From Anaerolineales bacterium (GTDB taxonomy: Bacteria; Chloroflexota; Anaerolineae; Epilineales; JAANWY01), in the NCBI GenBank assembly GCA_018263655.1, contig JAANWY010000164.1:1-44402 (forward strand): a stretch of 44,402 nucleotides of DNA. Direction: 5' to 3'. Numbering within the stretch: position 1 is the first letter of the stretch; the number at the start of each line of letters is the position of its first letter. Positions 44,187 through 44,402 of this stretch are shown here, one piece after another. The position numbers and the translations under genes are program-made. Under the pieces are notes generated by a model, which was not told the DNA's origin, did no database searches, and saw only the letters and a list, made by a program, of their open reading frames with translations.

Positions 44187-44279
44187 GTAACCGTTCAGGA
44201 AGTATCAGGACTAGCATCCTGAGTAGGTCGAAACGAAGTGGAGACCGTATCGAAGCGACGTCCTGAGTTCATCGAAGGG
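44187..44279. repeat. 93-nt dispersed repeat, inverted copy of 33444-33536
   Basis: See 33444-33536. Confidence 0.85.
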
Positions 44280-44317
44280 GGTGCGGGTTTGCGACGGTTC
44301 TTCGAACAAGCCGCACC

Positions 44318-44380
44318 CCCTTCGACTGGGCTCAGGACGTCGCTTCGATACGACCTCGGCTTCGCCTCAGTCTACTCAGG
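44318..44380. repeat. third, more diverged copy of the same repeat, head-to-head with 44187-44279
   Basis: cccttcgactgggctcaggacgtcgcttcgatacg...ctactcagg is co-linear with 33444-33506. Together with 44187-44279 it forms a large palindrome centred near 44298 (ggggtgcgg...ccgcacccc). Confidence 0.65.
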
Positions 44381-44402
44381 CGGCGTCCTGAGCGGCGTCC
44401 TG

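Noticed and set aside
1-44402. Scan for tRNA, rRNA, tmRNA, RNase P, CRISPR arrays and recognisable defence or toxin-antitoxin modules
   Set aside because: By eye I saw no cloverleaf-like or rRNA-like conserved segments, no spacer-separated direct repeats, and no ORF with defence-system hallmarks. The scan was manual, so small RNAs could have been missed.

Overview
This 44.4 kb, roughly 60% GC chromosomal window is mostly housekeeping genes. My guess is a Chloroflexota-type genome. That rests only on my recognition of the FMN-riboswitch/RibXY-like arrangement and the repeat motifs, not on any search.

Plus strand, in order:
- rplY/ctc.
- A contiguous cell-shape and division cluster: mreB-mreC-mreD-mrdA(PBP2)-minC-minD-minE-rodA.
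- A Uma2-family nuclease with a C-terminal tandem repeat.
- gltX, a LysE-family exporter and an MFS transporter.
- A DDE transposase with a 3' frameshift, then a FemAB-family peptidoglycan-bridge transferase.
- A roughly 1 kb junkyard holding a four-helix-bundle gene stub and a tyrosine-recombinase stub.
- An FMN riboswitch followed by a two-gene ABC importer (permease plus NMT1/THI5-type binding protein, no ATPase).
- A cobalamin riboswitch followed by a corrinoid uptake and nucleotide-loop assembly operon: btuF-, btuC- and btuD-like genes, then cobO-cobS-cbiZ-cbiB-[frameshifted Rpn/DUF4351-like gene]-cobD-cobC-cobQ-cobU.
- coaX and coaBC.

Minus strand:
- A truncated and frameshifted FG-GAP/CRTAC1-like pseudogene.
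- A lipoprotein glycerophosphodiester phosphodiesterase.
- A 0.9 kb low-GC non-coding island.
- phnD-phnC-phnE-phnE and an alpha/beta hydrolase.

I found no rRNA, tRNA or CRISPR array and no recognisable defence system. The most unusual content is non-coding:
- Several families of palindromic or MITE-like dispersed repeats and low-complexity word hairpins. They fill nearly every intergenic spacer, including spacers inside conserved operons, sit inside both riboswitches, and appear to have disrupted at least one coding sequence.
- A pair of 93-nt inverted repeats 10.7 kb apart.

All calls come from reading the sequence and the ORF translations. No database search was run.
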